Source of the DNA: an uncultured Nitrospiraceae bacterium
GTDB lineage: Bacteria > Nitrospirota > Thermodesulfovibrionia > Thermodesulfovibrionales > UBA6898
DNA: 64,000 nt
Direction: 5' to 3'
Assembly: GCA_963811165.1 (NCBI GenBank)
Contig: CAWEQH010000010.1
Span: 704,001 to 768,000 of the forward strand
Below are positions 47,559 to 59,583 of the stretch, piece after piece. How positions within the stretch are numbered: position 1 is the first letter of the stretch; each line of letters starts with the position of its first letter. Made by a program: the position numbers and the translations under genes. Under the pieces are notes generated by a model, which saw only the letters and a program-made list of their open reading frames with translations, searched no databases and was not told where the DNA came from.

Positions 47559-49630
47559 AGATGGACTTTAATCTTCAAAAGAAAGCGGTCCTATTGATAG
47601 CGGGCATTCTCTTTTTTACCATCGCCATAAATACCGTCGTGCTCACCATGGTCGGGACGGAAAAATTTAAAGACGCGATCTTTTCAAAGACCGAATCCGC
47701 CGGCGAGGGTATGCAGAGGGACCTTGGCAAGGTCCTCAGTCTCGGGGTCCCCATAGAGTCCCTCGAAGGCATGAACGAGAAGATGAAGGAGCTGGTTACG
47801 CGGGACAAGGCGATCGGATACGCAATGATAATGGACACACAGGGAAAGATCTTGTTCCATAGCAGCGAGGCCGAAATAGGCAAGGTACTCAAAGACAGGA
47901 TCACAACAGCCGCAATCTCTTCCGATAAAATACTCCGCCAGACCGCAGACTCCTTCTACGATTTCTCATTTCCGCTTCTTAATGCCGAGGGAAAGATTGC
48001 CGGGACCCTCCGTGTAGGGCTGCGGGCCGAGGCGATAAATTCCCAGCTTTACGCACTCCTTCTCTGGGCGGTAGGCGCCTCAATTCTCTGTTTCGCGCTC
48101 TCTCTCTCCTTGGTCTCTTTTTCGATTTCGAAATTCATTACACGGCCTATCTCGGTCATGGAAAAGACGGCCGACAGGATCGCAGCGGGTGATCTCACCG
48201 CGGCAATAGACATCAAAGGCCGGGGCGAGATTGCGTCTCTCGGCCAGGCGATAAACGGGATGGCCTTCAATCTTAAGGACATGCTCTCCAAGATTAGCGG
48301 CATCACGGGCAGCGTCGCGGGTGTAACGACGAATATCGCCACTTCCTCCCAGACGATACTGTCCATCGCAGACGTGCAAAAGCGCTCCGTCGAAGAGACC
48401 ACCCTTGCGATGGAGGAGATGGACGGTTCCGTCTCGAAGGTCGTGTCAAGCGCAGGCAGCCTCTCCGAATCCGCAGAGCATACCTCTTCGGCGATAATGC
48501 AGATGTCCGCTTCTATAGAGCGCATAGCCGAAAACGCAAACGTCTTCAGCGAGACCGCCCACGACACCGCGTCCTCCATCGAGGAGATGGTCTCATCGAT
48601 CAAGCAGATCGCGGCTAGCATAGAGAACCTCTCCGCATCATCGGAGGAAATCGCATCGTCAATAGACGAGGTGAACGCCACTACCAAGGACATCGAACGC
48701 CGGGCGGCCGACTCCGTCGCCCTTGCAGAGAAGGTCATGACGAACGCGTCCGACAGGGGAATGAATGCGGCGACCGCGGCGCTCGACGGTATGGAGAACA
48801 TAAAGAAAGGCGTCGTCGCGCTTTCGGACGTCATCAATATGCTCGGCAAGAGGACTTTCGATATCGGAAAGATACTCAACGTCATCGACGACGTTGCCGA
48901 CCAGACCAACCTCCTGGCGCTCAACGCGGCAATTCTTGCTTCAAAGGCGGGTGAGCACGGCAAAGGGTTTTCTATCGTGGCCGACGAGATCAAGAGCCTC
49001 GCGGAGCGGGCCTCCGTCTCCACCAATGAGATCGCCGCTCTCATCACGTCGGTGCAGGACGTGACAAAATCGAGCATAAGAATGGCCTCCGACGGGATCC
49101 AGACGGTCGATAAAGGGTTCCTCCTCGTAAAAGACATGGACAATGCCCTGCGTGAGATAGTCGAGAGTTCCAAGGCCTCCACCGAAATGGCAAAGGCAAT
49201 CCAGAGGGCCACCGCAGAGGAATCGCAGGTAATCAAACAGATTACCGATGCCATAGAAGGCATGACCGAACAGACGGAAACCATCTCCCGCGCGATCCAG
49301 GAACAGAGCAAAGGGAGCAAATTCATTATAGAGGCCACCGAAAGGGTGAAAGAACTCTCCCGCCAGGTGAAAACCGCTACAGGCGAGCAAAAAGACGGCA
49401 GCAGGCAGATAGCCGGGGTAATCGATAACGTCTCGCAGCAGGCCTCGCAGATCGCAGGCGCCACGGCAAAACAGAAGGAAAAGAGCATCTCCATAGTCCA
49501 GTCAATGCAACAGATCCATCTGGCCTCCGATAAACTGATTAGTTCGGGAAACGAGATGAACCAGGTCATTGGCTCGTTGAAGGAGGAGGCCCTGAACCTC
49601 CTGAAAGAGATTCAGAAGTTCAAGGTCTAG
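47555..49630 (+). CDS. Methyl-accepting chemotaxis protein
   Basis: TM, Cache-like domain, TM, HAMP; QTNLLALNAAI..SKAGEHGKGFSIVADEI. Confidence 0.95.
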   Translation: MKMDFNLQKKAVLLIAGILFFTIAINTVVLTMVGTEKFKDAIFSKTESAGEGMQRDLGKVLSLGVPIESLEGMNEKMKELVTRDKAIGYAMIMDTQGKILFHSSEAEIGKVLKDRITTAAISSDKILRQTADSFYDFSFPLLNAEGKIAGTLRVGLRAEAINSQLYALLLWAVGASILCFALSLSLVSFSISKFITRPISVMEKTADRIAAGDLTAAIDIKGRGEIASLGQAINGMAFNLKDMLSKISGITGSVAGVTTNIATSSQTILSIADVQKRSVEETTLAMEEMDGSVSKVVSSAGSLSESAEHTSSAIMQMSASIERIAENANVFSETAHDTASSIEEMVSSIKQIAASIENLSASSEEIASSIDEVNATTKDIERRAADSVALAEKVMTNASDRGMNAATAALDGMENIKKGVVALSDVINMLGKRTFDIGKILNVIDDVADQTNLLALNAAILASKAGEHGKGFSIVADEIKSLAERASVSTNEIAALITSVQDVTKSSIRMASDGIQTVDKGFLLVKDMDNALREIVESSKASTEMAKAIQRATAEESQVIKQITDAIEGMTEQTETISRAIQEQSKGSKFIIEATERVKELSRQVKTATGEQKDGSRQIAGVIDNVSQQASQIAGATAKQKEKSISIVQSMQQIHLASDKLISSGNEMNQVIGSLKEEALNLLKEIQKFKV

Positions 49631-49642
49631 CAGGGTTCGGCG

Positions 49643-50329
49643 CTATTTGGGTTTCCGGACTGACAGGAGCCTCTTTGTGGCGCTGCGGACCGCCTCGCAG
49701 ACGTTCTTGTTCTTTTCGAGGATGACCAGGTCTTTCGTCCTGAGATCGCTCACATGTGTCACTGAGATCCCCGGAGGGGTCTTAGGGTTCGTGACGATGG
49801 CAAGGGTGACCGCGTAGTTTTTCATCCATTCCCTGTTCCTCGATATTCTCCTCAGCGCCTCCTCAATCGCCTGTCTGTTCCTGGCGATCATCTCGACCTC
49901 GGACTCGGTAATTTTGCCGTTTTCAAGGACGCTAAGCATCACCTCCTTGTTCGAATCCCTTGCAAGGATACCCCTTATCTCTCTGCCGCCCTTAAGGGCC
50001 AGTTGGATCCTGGCCGATATGCTCAGGCTCTGGATCTTGGTCGTAAGGCTCACGGCCCTCGCCTCTTTCGTCTCCTTCGCCTTCTCCGCCTTTACCATGG
50101 CAAGGCTGGACCTGGTCGGAAGGTTAAGGTGCTCCTCGACGAATCTCCTCACTTCTTCCGGGGTGTCGGGGTTTTCAAGGATAAGCCTCAGGATTTCGGG
50201 GCGGTGAAGATTTGCCTTTGCGACCTCCTCGAAGATACCGGGCTCGGACGCATCACCGAGAAGGATTTCGAGAATCTCCTGCGATGCGCCGGCATAATCG
50301 AGCAGTATAAGCTTCTGCGGATCTTCCAT
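49643..50329 (-). CDS. Conserved hypothetical helical-repeat protein
   Basis: LALKGGREIR.IL.RD, NPKTP; adjacent to tlyA. Confidence 0.7.
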   Translation of the reverse strand: MEDPQKLILLDYAGASQEILEILLGDASEPGIFEEVAKANLHRPEILRLILENPDTPEEVRRFVEEHLNLPTRSSLAMVKAEKAKETKEARAVSLTTKIQSLSISARIQLALKGGREIRGILARDSNKEVMLSVLENGKITESEVEMIARNRQAIEEALRRISRNREWMKNYAVTLAIVTNPKTPPGISVTHVSDLRTKDLVILEKNKNVCEAVRSATKRLLSVRKPK

Positions 50330-51067
50330 CTAAGTTCTCCCAAGGTAAATGAAATATTCTATGTTGCCCTTCTGTCCGCGGACAGGCGATTCAAAAACCC
50401 CGAGCGTCTGGAGCCCGGTCCCCTCAGCCCACTGGCGGACGCTCTCTACTGCAGAGAGCCTCGTGGACTCGTCCTTCACGATGCCGCCCTTGCCGACCAT
50501 GCCCTTTCCCGCTTCGAACTGCGGTTTTATGAGGGCAAGGACCTTGCCCCCGCCGCCCATGAATTCGAGTACCCTCGGCAGGACCTTCAGAAGCGATATA
50601 AAAGATACGTCTATGACCGCGATATCGACAGACTCCGGGACCGCAGTATTTTCGATGTATCGTATGTTCGTTTTTTCGAGCAACACCACTCTTGGATCAT
50701 TTCTCAGGGACCAGTCCAGTTGGCCGTAACCGACGTCTATAGCATACACCTTTCGTGCATTTTTTTTAAGGAGACAATCCGTGAATCCGCCCGTAGAACA
50801 CCCGACATCCATCGCGACCATCCCCCCGGGATCTATCCCAAAATGCTCCAGGGCCGCTTCAAGCTTCAACCCGCCGCGGCCCACATAAGGGCACTCCTTT
50901 TCCTTAAGGATTATTTCGCCGGCCACAGCCACGAGGCTGCCGGCCTTTGTGACAACGGCCCCGTCGACAAAGACGTGTCCCTCCATGATGAGCGCCTTCG
51001 CCCTCTCCCGGCTCTTCACGAGCCCCCGGTCTATGAGAAGTTTATCGAGTCTCTCCTTAATTTTCAT
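50330..51067 (-). CDS. tlyA: TlyA-family rRNA methyltransferase
   Basis: RLDKLL (S4), RGGLKL, DVGCSTGGFTD, DVSFISL, LIKPQFE. Confidence 0.95.
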   Translation of the reverse strand: MKIKERLDKLLIDRGLVKSRERAKALIMEGHVFVDGAVVTKAGSLVAVAGEIILKEKECPYVGRGGLKLEAALEHFGIDPGGMVAMDVGCSTGGFTDCLLKKNARKVYAIDVGYGQLDWSLRNDPRVVLLEKTNIRYIENTAVPESVDIAVIDVSFISLLKVLPRVLEFMGGGGKVLALIKPQFEAGKGMVGKGGIVKDESTRLSAVESVRQWAEGTGLQTLGVFESPVRGQKGNIEYFIYLGRT

Positions 51068-51089
51068 GAAAAACGTCCCAGGCCCTATT

Positions 51090-51893
51090 TCAACTGCGCT
51101 TGTGCTTTAGGACTACTTGCTCGAACATCATGGCTAACCCGACGCCGAGATCAAAGATTGATTGAATAGGTAAATAATTTTCAACCGTTGACTCGAAGAA
51201 GATATGAAGAGACGATGCGATATCGCCATCTGCTTTCCAGTAGCAGATCAAGATCGGCACTTTTGGAAGCGGGTACAAGATCAGCGATATATCTGATGAA
51301 AACATATTTGACGACCTGTCTCCGCTAAAAATATAGATGAGATCTTCAAATAGGTCCGTATGGGTATCGGCCATCTCTTTAAGGGGTTTTTCGCACAGCT
51401 GCTCAAAAAGAGAACTCCGCTCCGCTCCCATTCTTAATTCTCTAAATGGAATCCATTTGCCGGATACATTGTCATCCTTATTGGTAATGACATAGTCAAG
51501 TAATATGAGCGTTATCCAGGCATGAGTGTGACATTCAGACGTAATATTCCCCATCGAATCCATGTAGAAGTCCTTGCCGAGACATTTAATAGCCAGCTTG
51601 TCACCAATCATTCCGGCGCCAAGTTTCTGAGCGGATGAAAGCAAATCTATCGAATGTATTTTACTTCTGAGTTGATTCGCGGCCTCCTCCCTCTTTTGGA
51701 GGATAGATTTGTGTGTATCTATCTTCTTAATCACCCCGGCGATACTCCTGTCGATATGCGGGCAATCGGTAAGTTGCTTTTCACCGCTTAATACGCCCGT
51801 AGAAAAAGCCATACACGACGGAAGTGAGCATTGCCTGCAATTAGATTTCGGGAGTAATTTGTATACGTCCAAAGGAGATTTAATCTGTGTCAT
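51090..51893 (-). CDS. Fe-S cluster domain plus DUF3786 protein
   Basis: LPKSNCRQC..PSCMAF...CP; WIPFREL, PLPKVPILICYW. Confidence 0.85.
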   Translation of the reverse strand: MTQIKSPLDVYKLLPKSNCRQCSLPSCMAFSTGVLSGEKQLTDCPHIDRSIAGVIKKIDTHKSILQKREEAANQLRSKIHSIDLLSSAQKLGAGMIGDKLAIKCLGKDFYMDSMGNITSECHTHAWITLILLDYVITNKDDNVSGKWIPFRELRMGAERSSLFEQLCEKPLKEMADTHTDLFEDLIYIFSGDRSSNMFSSDISLILYPLPKVPILICYWKADGDIASSLHIFFESTVENYLPIQSIFDLGVGLAMMFEQVVLKHKRS

Positions 51894-51956
51894 TATCCTA
51901 TCCTTATTGATTAATCCGGTAGCAATAAAGGCAGAGCCCCCGAAACAGACCAGAGC

Positions 51957-53834
51957 TTAGACACTGAGCGTATGCTCTCTCATAAACGAAAGCACCGCGC
52001 TAAAGATCCCCTCTTCATCGAGCCCGTATTTGGCCCTCATGCTGTCGGGCTTGCCCTGTTCGATAAACTGATCGTCGATGCCGAGCCTCTTTACTTTGAC
52101 ATGGCCCATCTCATTGTCGGAGAGAAGTTCAACGACAGAACTTCCGAAGCCGCCCTGAAGCACGTTTTCCTCGATCGTAACAATCCGCGGGACACGCGAG
52201 GCCACAGAAAGGATCATCTCCTTGTCGAGGGGTTTTACAAAACGGGCGTTTATCACGGTCGCATGCACTCCGGCCTTCTCAAGCCTTTCTGCGGCCCTAA
52301 ATGCGGGCAAGACACAGTTGCCGATGGCAAGCAAGGCCAGATCAGGGCCTTCCTTAAGAAGCTCCGCATGGCCCAAGGTAACCTCGGAACAGGGCATATG
52401 CGCATCAGGGACCTTGCCTCTGGGGTAACGTATGGCAGATGGGCCCTCATGCCCGACTGCGAATTCGAACATCTTCCTCATCTCGTTTCCGTCTTTCGGG
52501 GCCATAAGGGTAAGGCGCGGGATATGCCTTAGATAGGAGATATCGTAAAGGCCGTTATGGGTCGGGCCGTCTTCGCCCACGATCCCCGCCCGGTCGATCG
52601 CAAAGATCACCGGCAGGTCCTGGAGGCAGACATCATGGATTATTTCATCATAGGCGCGCTGAAGAAACGTCGAGTAAATCGCAACCACCGGCCGAAGCCC
52701 CCTTGTTGCAAGACCGGCGGCAAACGTAGTGGCATGCGGCTCGGCGATGCCTACGTCGTAGAACCTCTCCGGGTATTTCTCGGCAAAACATTCGAGCCCG
52801 GTACCTTCCTTCATCGCCGCGGAAATGGCGATCACCCTCTCGTCGGTCTCGGCGATATCGGTTATGATCCGTCCGAAGACCGCGCTGTAAGTGGGCGCCC
52901 CTTTGGCGCCAAGCGGCGAGCCGGTCTCAAGTTCGAAGGGGCCGACCCCGTGGAATATGCAGGGGTCCTTCTCCGAAAACTCATAGCCCTTGCCCTTCTT
53001 CGTCATAAGGTGGATAAGTGTGGGAGAGCTTGCCCTCTTCACCGTTTTAAGCGTTTCTATGACCCGCTCTATATCATGCCCGTCAATAGGCCCGAAATAT
53101 TCGAACCCCAGTTCTTCAAACAGTATGCCCGGAAGTATCAGCCCCTTGATAAGCTCCTCGAACCTCTGCGCCATCTTCGCCATCGGCGAGCCGAGTTTCG
53201 GTATGCCCTCTAGGAAGGACTTCGTCTCCTTCCTGAACCTCCTATAGAACTCGCCCGAAAGTATCCTGTTCATGTAGGCCGACAGGGCGCCGACGTTTTG
53301 GGATATCGACATCTCGTTGTCGTTTAGTATCACGATAAGGTCTTTCTTTAAGTGCCCCGCGTGGTTGAGCCCCTCAAACGCCAGTCCCCCTGTAAGGGCG
53401 CCGTCGCCTATCACGGCGATGACCTTAAAGTCTTCTCTTTTTTTGTCGCGGCCCTCCAAGATGCCGAGCGCAGCCGATATCGAGGTGGAACTGTGGCCGG
53501 TGTTGAAGGCGTCATGAACACTCTCTTCCCTTTTTGGAAATCCCGAAATCCCATTTTCCTTTCTGATCGAGTGGAACCTCTCCCGCCTTCCGGTGATAAG
53601 TTTGTGGCTGTATGACTGGTGCCCCACGTCCCAGATTATCTTGTCTTTCGGCGAATCGAACACATAATGAAGGGCGAGAGTGAGCTCTACGACGCCCAAG
53701 TTCGAGGCAAGGTGGCCGCCGTTTACCGAGACGGTCTGAATGATCGTCTCCCTGAGTTCCCCTGCGAGTCTGCGGAGGTCCTCCGCCTTAAGTCCCTTAA
53801 GGTCCGAAGGCGAGTCGATTTTTTCGAGCAGCAT
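51957..53834 (-). CDS. dxs: 1-deoxy-D-xylulose-5-phosphate synthase
   Basis: GGHLASNLG, WDVGHQ, GHSSTSIS, GDGALTGG, DRAG..GEDGPTH. Confidence 0.97.
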   Translation of the reverse strand: MLLEKIDSPSDLKGLKAEDLRRLAGELRETIIQTVSVNGGHLASNLGVVELTLALHYVFDSPKDKIIWDVGHQSYSHKLITGRRERFHSIRKENGISGFPKREESVHDAFNTGHSSTSISAALGILEGRDKKREDFKVIAVIGDGALTGGLAFEGLNHAGHLKKDLIVILNDNEMSISQNVGALSAYMNRILSGEFYRRFRKETKSFLEGIPKLGSPMAKMAQRFEELIKGLILPGILFEELGFEYFGPIDGHDIERVIETLKTVKRASSPTLIHLMTKKGKGYEFSEKDPCIFHGVGPFELETGSPLGAKGAPTYSAVFGRIITDIAETDERVIAISAAMKEGTGLECFAEKYPERFYDVGIAEPHATTFAAGLATRGLRPVVAIYSTFLQRAYDEIIHDVCLQDLPVIFAIDRAGIVGEDGPTHNGLYDISYLRHIPRLTLMAPKDGNEMRKMFEFAVGHEGPSAIRYPRGKVPDAHMPCSEVTLGHAELLKEGPDLALLAIGNCVLPAFRAAERLEKAGVHATVINARFVKPLDKEMILSVASRVPRIVTIEENVLQGGFGSSVVELLSDNEMGHVKVKRLGIDDQFIEQGKPDSMRAKYGLDEEGIFSAVLSFMREHTLSV

Positions 53835-54721
53835 TAGTTTTTCCTTTCAAGAAGATAGCGCGCAATCTCCCTCAGGGGGTCGGCGCTAAAAGAGAACGGG
53901 TCGAGGGACGATACGGCGTCGTCAACCAGTTTCTTTGCGATCTCCCGGGACCTTTCGAGCCCGTAGAGCCGCGGATAGGTCATCTTGTTGATCTTTTCGT
54001 CGGAACCGACAGATTTGCCCAAAACGCGCGTATCTCCTTCTATATCAAGTATATCATCAACCACCTGAAATGCATGTCCTATCTTTTCGCCGTATGAGGT
54101 CAATGCGCCCACAATCTCCGCATTGCTTCCAAAGAGGACCCCGCCGACCTTTACCGAGGCTCGGATAAGGGCCGCGGTCTTGTGCCGGTGAATGAACTGC
54201 AGGGTCTCAGCGTCCGCTTCGGCATTTTCTGAAAGGATATCCTGTACCTGTCCGGCGACCATGCCCTGATATCCCGACGCCGCGGCGATCTCCGCAGACG
54301 CCTTCAAAAGGTCCCTGTCTTTGACCTTGCTGCCGTGAGAAGAGTCGGAAAGTATCCGGAATGCCTCGGTGAGCAGGGCATCTCCCGCAAGGATCGCCAC
54401 GGCCTCGCCGTATACCTTGTGGTTCGTCGGTTTCCCCCTTCTTAGATCGTCGTCGTCCATGGCGGGCAGGTCGTCATGAATAAGGGAATAGGTATGGATA
54501 AGTTCCAGGGAAGATGCGTAGGGAACGATGTCCTCCGCATTGCCGCCGCAGGCCTCGTACGCGGCCATCGCAAGGATCGGTCTTACCCTCTTTCCGCCTG
54601 CAAAGAGAGAATAGAGCATCGACTCCTGAAGTACGGCCGGTCTCCTCTGCTCTTTGAAATAATCCCTGAAGAAAGAATCGACCGATTCTCTCTTGTCTTT
54701 CAGATATTTTTTTAAGTCCAT
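53834..54721 (-). CDS. ispA: Farnesyl/geranyl diphosphate synthase
   Basis: GGKRVRP, HDDLPAMDDDDLRRG, FQVVDDILD. Confidence 0.93.
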   Translation of the reverse strand: MDLKKYLKDKRESVDSFFRDYFKEQRRPAVLQESMLYSLFAGGKRVRPILAMAAYEACGGNAEDIVPYASSLELIHTYSLIHDDLPAMDDDDLRRGKPTNHKVYGEAVAILAGDALLTEAFRILSDSSHGSKVKDRDLLKASAEIAAASGYQGMVAGQVQDILSENAEADAETLQFIHRHKTAALIRASVKVGGVLFGSNAEIVGALTSYGEKIGHAFQVVDDILDIEGDTRVLGKSVGSDEKINKMTYPRLYGLERSREIAKKLVDDAVSSLDPFSFSADPLREIARYLLERKN

Positions 54722-54746
54722 AGACCTTCCGTCCGGTCCGTCCTGT

Positions 54747-56285
54747 TTACTCCCACTCGATCGTGCCGGGCGGTTTCGAGGTGATATCGAAAACCACCCT
54801 GTTGACGCCCTTCACTTCGTTGATGATCCTGTTTGAGATCCTGCCTAAAACCTCATAGGGGACCTTCGCCCAATCCGCGGTCATGCCGTCTACGCTCGTG
54901 ACCGCTCGCACGGCCACGACACTTTCGTAAGTCCTTTCGTCTCCCATGACCCCGACACTCCTTATGGGAAGTATGACCGCAAACGCCTGCCAGATCTCGC
55001 GGTACAAACCCGCAGCCTTTATCTCTTCAAGCACGATCGCATCCGATTCCATCAGTATCCGGAGCCTCTCTTCGGTAATATCGCCTATGCAACGTATAGC
55101 GAGTCCGGGTCCCGGAAACGGATGTCTCCATGCGATCTCCTCGGGAAGTCCGAGTTCCTCGCCCAGGACCCTCACCTCGTCTTTAAATAACTCACGGAGG
55201 GGCTCGATCAGCTTCAGTTTCATTACGTCCGGAAGCCCGCCCACGTTATGGTGGCTCTTTATTACGGCTGAAGGGCCTTTAAACGAGACACTTTCGATAA
55301 CATCCGGATAGAGGGTGCCCTGGGCGAGAAACTCCGCATCCTTTATCTTCTTTGCCTCGTCTTCAAAGACCGCAATAAACTCGTTGCCTATGATCTTGCG
55401 TTTCTTCTCCGGCTCGGTGACTCCGCTGAGCTTTTCGATGAACCTCTTTCTTGCATCGACATGGACCAGCCTGATGTGGAAGTGCTCCTCGAAGGTCTTC
55501 TTCACCTTCTCCGCCTCGCCTTTTCTTAGGAGTCCATTGTCGACGAAGATGCAGGTCAGCTTGTCCCCAACGGCCTTATGGACCAAAAGTGCCACCACCG
55601 ACGAATCGACCCCCCCGCTTAAGGCGCATATCACCTTCTTCTGCCCCACCTTCGACCTGATGTCGCCGACCTGCCATTCTATGAACGACGACATCTCCCA
55701 TGTCGGTTTACAGCCGCATATACCGAAGATAAAATTATGCAGCATGCGAGTGCCTTCTTCGGTATGGGCCACCTCGGGATGAAACTGCAGAGCGTAAAAC
55801 TTCCTCTCCCTGTCGGCCATCACCGCCACCGGTGAATTGTCCGTATGGCCGATGGCCGAAAAACCCGCGGGAAGGGCCTCTATCCTGTCTCCGTGGCTCA
55901 TCCAGACCTTCGTGTCCGCCGACAGTCCCCATAGCAGATCGGTATCGTCGTCCACTTTCAGTTCGGCCCTGCCGTACTCCCGCTTTGCGGCCTTGGCGAC
56001 ATTGCCCCCAAGGGAATGGGCCATCAGTTGCATGCCGTAGCAGATACCGAGGACCGGGACGCCTAGCGTAAATACCTCCATATCGGGAAACGGCGCCCCC
56101 GCGTCGTATACACTGGAAGGCCCTCCTGAGAGGATGAGACCCTTCGGCCGGAACTCCTTTATCTTTTCAATGGGGGTGTTGAAAGGGAATATCTCAGAGT
56201 ATACCTTGCTCTCCCTTACACGGCGGGCGATAAGCTGAGTATACTGGGAACCGAAATCGAGGACCAATATTCTTTCTTCATGCAT
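54747..56285 (-). CDS. guaA: GMP synthase
   Basis: [34 protein letters not shown]. Confidence 0.98.
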   Translation of the reverse strand: MHEERILVLDFGSQYTQLIARRVRESKVYSEIFPFNTPIEKIKEFRPKGLILSGGPSSVYDAGAPFPDMEVFTLGVPVLGICYGMQLMAHSLGGNVAKAAKREYGRAELKVDDDTDLLWGLSADTKVWMSHGDRIEALPAGFSAIGHTDNSPVAVMADRERKFYALQFHPEVAHTEEGTRMLHNFIFGICGCKPTWEMSSFIEWQVGDIRSKVGQKKVICALSGGVDSSVVALLVHKAVGDKLTCIFVDNGLLRKGEAEKVKKTFEEHFHIRLVHVDARKRFIEKLSGVTEPEKKRKIIGNEFIAVFEDEAKKIKDAEFLAQGTLYPDVIESVSFKGPSAVIKSHHNVGGLPDVMKLKLIEPLRELFKDEVRVLGEELGLPEEIAWRHPFPGPGLAIRCIGDITEERLRILMESDAIVLEEIKAAGLYREIWQAFAVILPIRSVGVMGDERTYESVVAVRAVTSVDGMTADWAKVPYEVLGRISNRIINEVKGVNRVVFDITSKPPGTIEWE

Positions 56286-56309
56286 GGCGGAATCGAGTCT
56301 CCTGCCCGT

Positions 56310-57794
<1,485 letters not shown>

Positions 57795-58111
57795 TTAACA
57801 CGACGCATCCCAATAAAGCAACGCGCCCGACGATTTGACGAAGAGATCTTGCGTGTCTTCAGTGAGGGGAAATAGCCCCACCCCTATATAATGAAGAGAT
57901 GCTTTTTTGTCCACTAATTTATCTTGACACCGACTCTTTGTTTTTATTATAGTTTGAGGTATCTTATTGTTCCCAAATAGGCAAACATTTTACTATATGG
58001 GAAAAGGAGTCAGACATAAGTCCGCAGTTACTATCAATATCTTAGTGGCATAAAAATTGTTATCCTGTATAACAGGTTTCTAAATTTTTCATAATGAAAG
58101 GGGGTGAAGAG

Positions 58112-58429
58112 ATGAAGAAGACAGTATTGATCCTGACAGTTATCGTAGCCCTGGCATTCGTTGGCAGCGCATTCGCGGTTCCGAAGGGAAAGACCGTAGA
58201 ATTCACAGGCGGGAGCGAGGGCAAAGTAGTTTTTGACGGCGGAAAGCACGCAGAAAAGGGCTTGAAGTGCAACGATTGCCATACCAAGATATTCCCTATG
58301 AAGAAAGAAGAAGGGAAGTTCAAGATGGCGGATATGGAGGCCGGTAAGGCCTGCGGAACATGCCATAACGGCGAGAAGGCATTCAGCGTGAAGGACAAGG
58401 CAAACTGCGGAAAGTGCCATAAAAAGTAA
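58112..58429 (+). CDS. c7-type triheme cytochrome c
   Basis: Signal peptide; CNDCH..IFPM, CGTCH, CGKCH. Confidence 0.9.
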   Translation: MKKTVLILTVIVALAFVGSAFAVPKGKTVEFTGGSEGKVVFDGGKHAEKGLKCNDCHTKIFPMKKEEGKFKMADMEAGKACGTCHNGEKAFSVKDKANCGKCHKK

Positions 58430-58457
58430 GGCAATTTTCGATTAGCTTTTTTCCTAT

Positions 58458-58490
58458 AGAAAGGCCGGAATTTATTCCGGCCTTTCTTTT
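58458..58490 (+). terminator. Rho-independent terminator
   Basis: AGAAAGGCCGGAAT/ATTCCGGCCTTTCT stem followed by T run. Confidence 0.85.
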
Positions 58491-58514
58491 ATTCTCTTCT
58501 TCATTTTTTTGTCT

Positions 58515-58588
58515 AGGACTCCCGAAGTCCGTCTGCGCGGACAACCGCAGTGTCGGAGCGGAGCGAGAATGAGCGAAAGGGCAGTCCT
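58515..58588. repeat. Structured intergenic element related to 14217-14329
   Basis: AGGACTCCC...GGGCAGTCCT ends; contains TCGGAG..CGAGAATGAGCGAAA. Confidence 0.55.
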
Positions 58589-58612
58589 TCCTGCACCCAT
58601 GAATAATCCGGG

Positions 58613-59527
58613 TTAGATTCTTGTGAGCCAGGAAGCGTACTTCCGGTTCCTGCCTTTTACCACATCGAAGAAAATCTTCTGCAGCCTCTCAGTGATCTTT
58701 CCGCGGCCGCCGTTGCCGATCTTTCTTCCGTCGACCTCCCTGATAGGGGTGACCTCGGCCGCTGTCCCGCTGAAGAAAGCCTCGTCCGAGATATAGACCT
58801 CGTCTCTCGTGAAGCGTTCCTCTATCACGGGTATCTTTTCGTCCCTGGCGATCCTGATAATGCTTTCCCTGGTAATCCCCTCGAGAATAGACGTCAGGGG
58901 CGTGGTCTTTATACGGCCGTCCCTGACGATGAAGACATTCTCCCCGCTCCCCTCCGACACATATCCTTCGGTATCCAGAAGAAGGGCCTCATCATAGCCG
59001 CAGGCTATCGCCTCTCTCTTGGCGATCTGCGAGTTTACGTAATAGCCGCACACCTTTCCCCTCGTCATATCGATGTTTACATGGTGGCGGGTGAAGGAGG
59101 AAACTTTGACCCTAATGCCCTTTTCGAGCCCCTCGTCTCCCAAATAGGCGCCCCATGGCCAGACGGCCACCGAGACCTTGATCGGGTTATCTTTCGGATA
59201 GAGCCCCATAGCGCCGTACCCGATATAGACGAGCGGCCTGATATAGCACTCCTTCATCCCGTTGACCTTCACCGTCTTGATGATGGCAGACCTGATCTGC
59301 TCCCTCGAAAAGGGCATCTTCATCATAAATATGTGCGCAGAGTCGAAGAGCCTTTCTACATGTTCGTCGAGGCGGAAGATTGCCGAACCCTTCCCGGTCT
59401 CGTAACAGCGTATCCCTTCGAACACACCGAGGCCGTAATGGAGGGTATGGGTAAGGACATGGACGTTGGCGTCGTCCCAGGAGACGAGCTTACCGTCCAT
59501 CCAAATTTTGTCTGATTTTTTTATCAT
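58613..59527 (-). CDS. ilvE: Branched-chain amino acid aminotransferase
   Basis: [36 protein letters not shown]. Confidence 0.96.
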   Translation of the reverse strand: MIKKSDKIWMDGKLVSWDDANVHVLTHTLHYGLGVFEGIRCYETGKGSAIFRLDEHVERLFDSAHIFMMKMPFSREQIRSAIIKTVKVNGMKECYIRPLVYIGYGAMGLYPKDNPIKVSVAVWPWGAYLGDEGLEKGIRVKVSSFTRHHVNIDMTRGKVCGYYVNSQIAKREAIACGYDEALLLDTEGYVSEGSGENVFIVRDGRIKTTPLTSILEGITRESIIRIARDEKIPVIEERFTRDEVYISDEAFFSGTAAEVTPIREVDGRKIGNGGRGKITERLQKIFFDVVKGRNRKYASWLTRI

Positions 59528-59583
59528 GGCCCATTATTTAACCAATTGAGCTTGACCGCTGTCAACTTATTTTGTTGGCGCAA

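Noticed and set aside
48049..49569. 506-aa minus-strand ORF and other long antisense ORFs (36498..37628, 50003..51169, 59710..61260)
   Set aside because: Shadow frames opposite well-supported genes (MCP, glgB, tlyA, argS) with no recognisable motifs.
57970..58030. Cyclic dinucleotide riboswitch upstream of the c7 cytochrome
   Set aside because: GGCAAAC is present but the GAAA tetraloop stem and GACGCAAAG core are missing.
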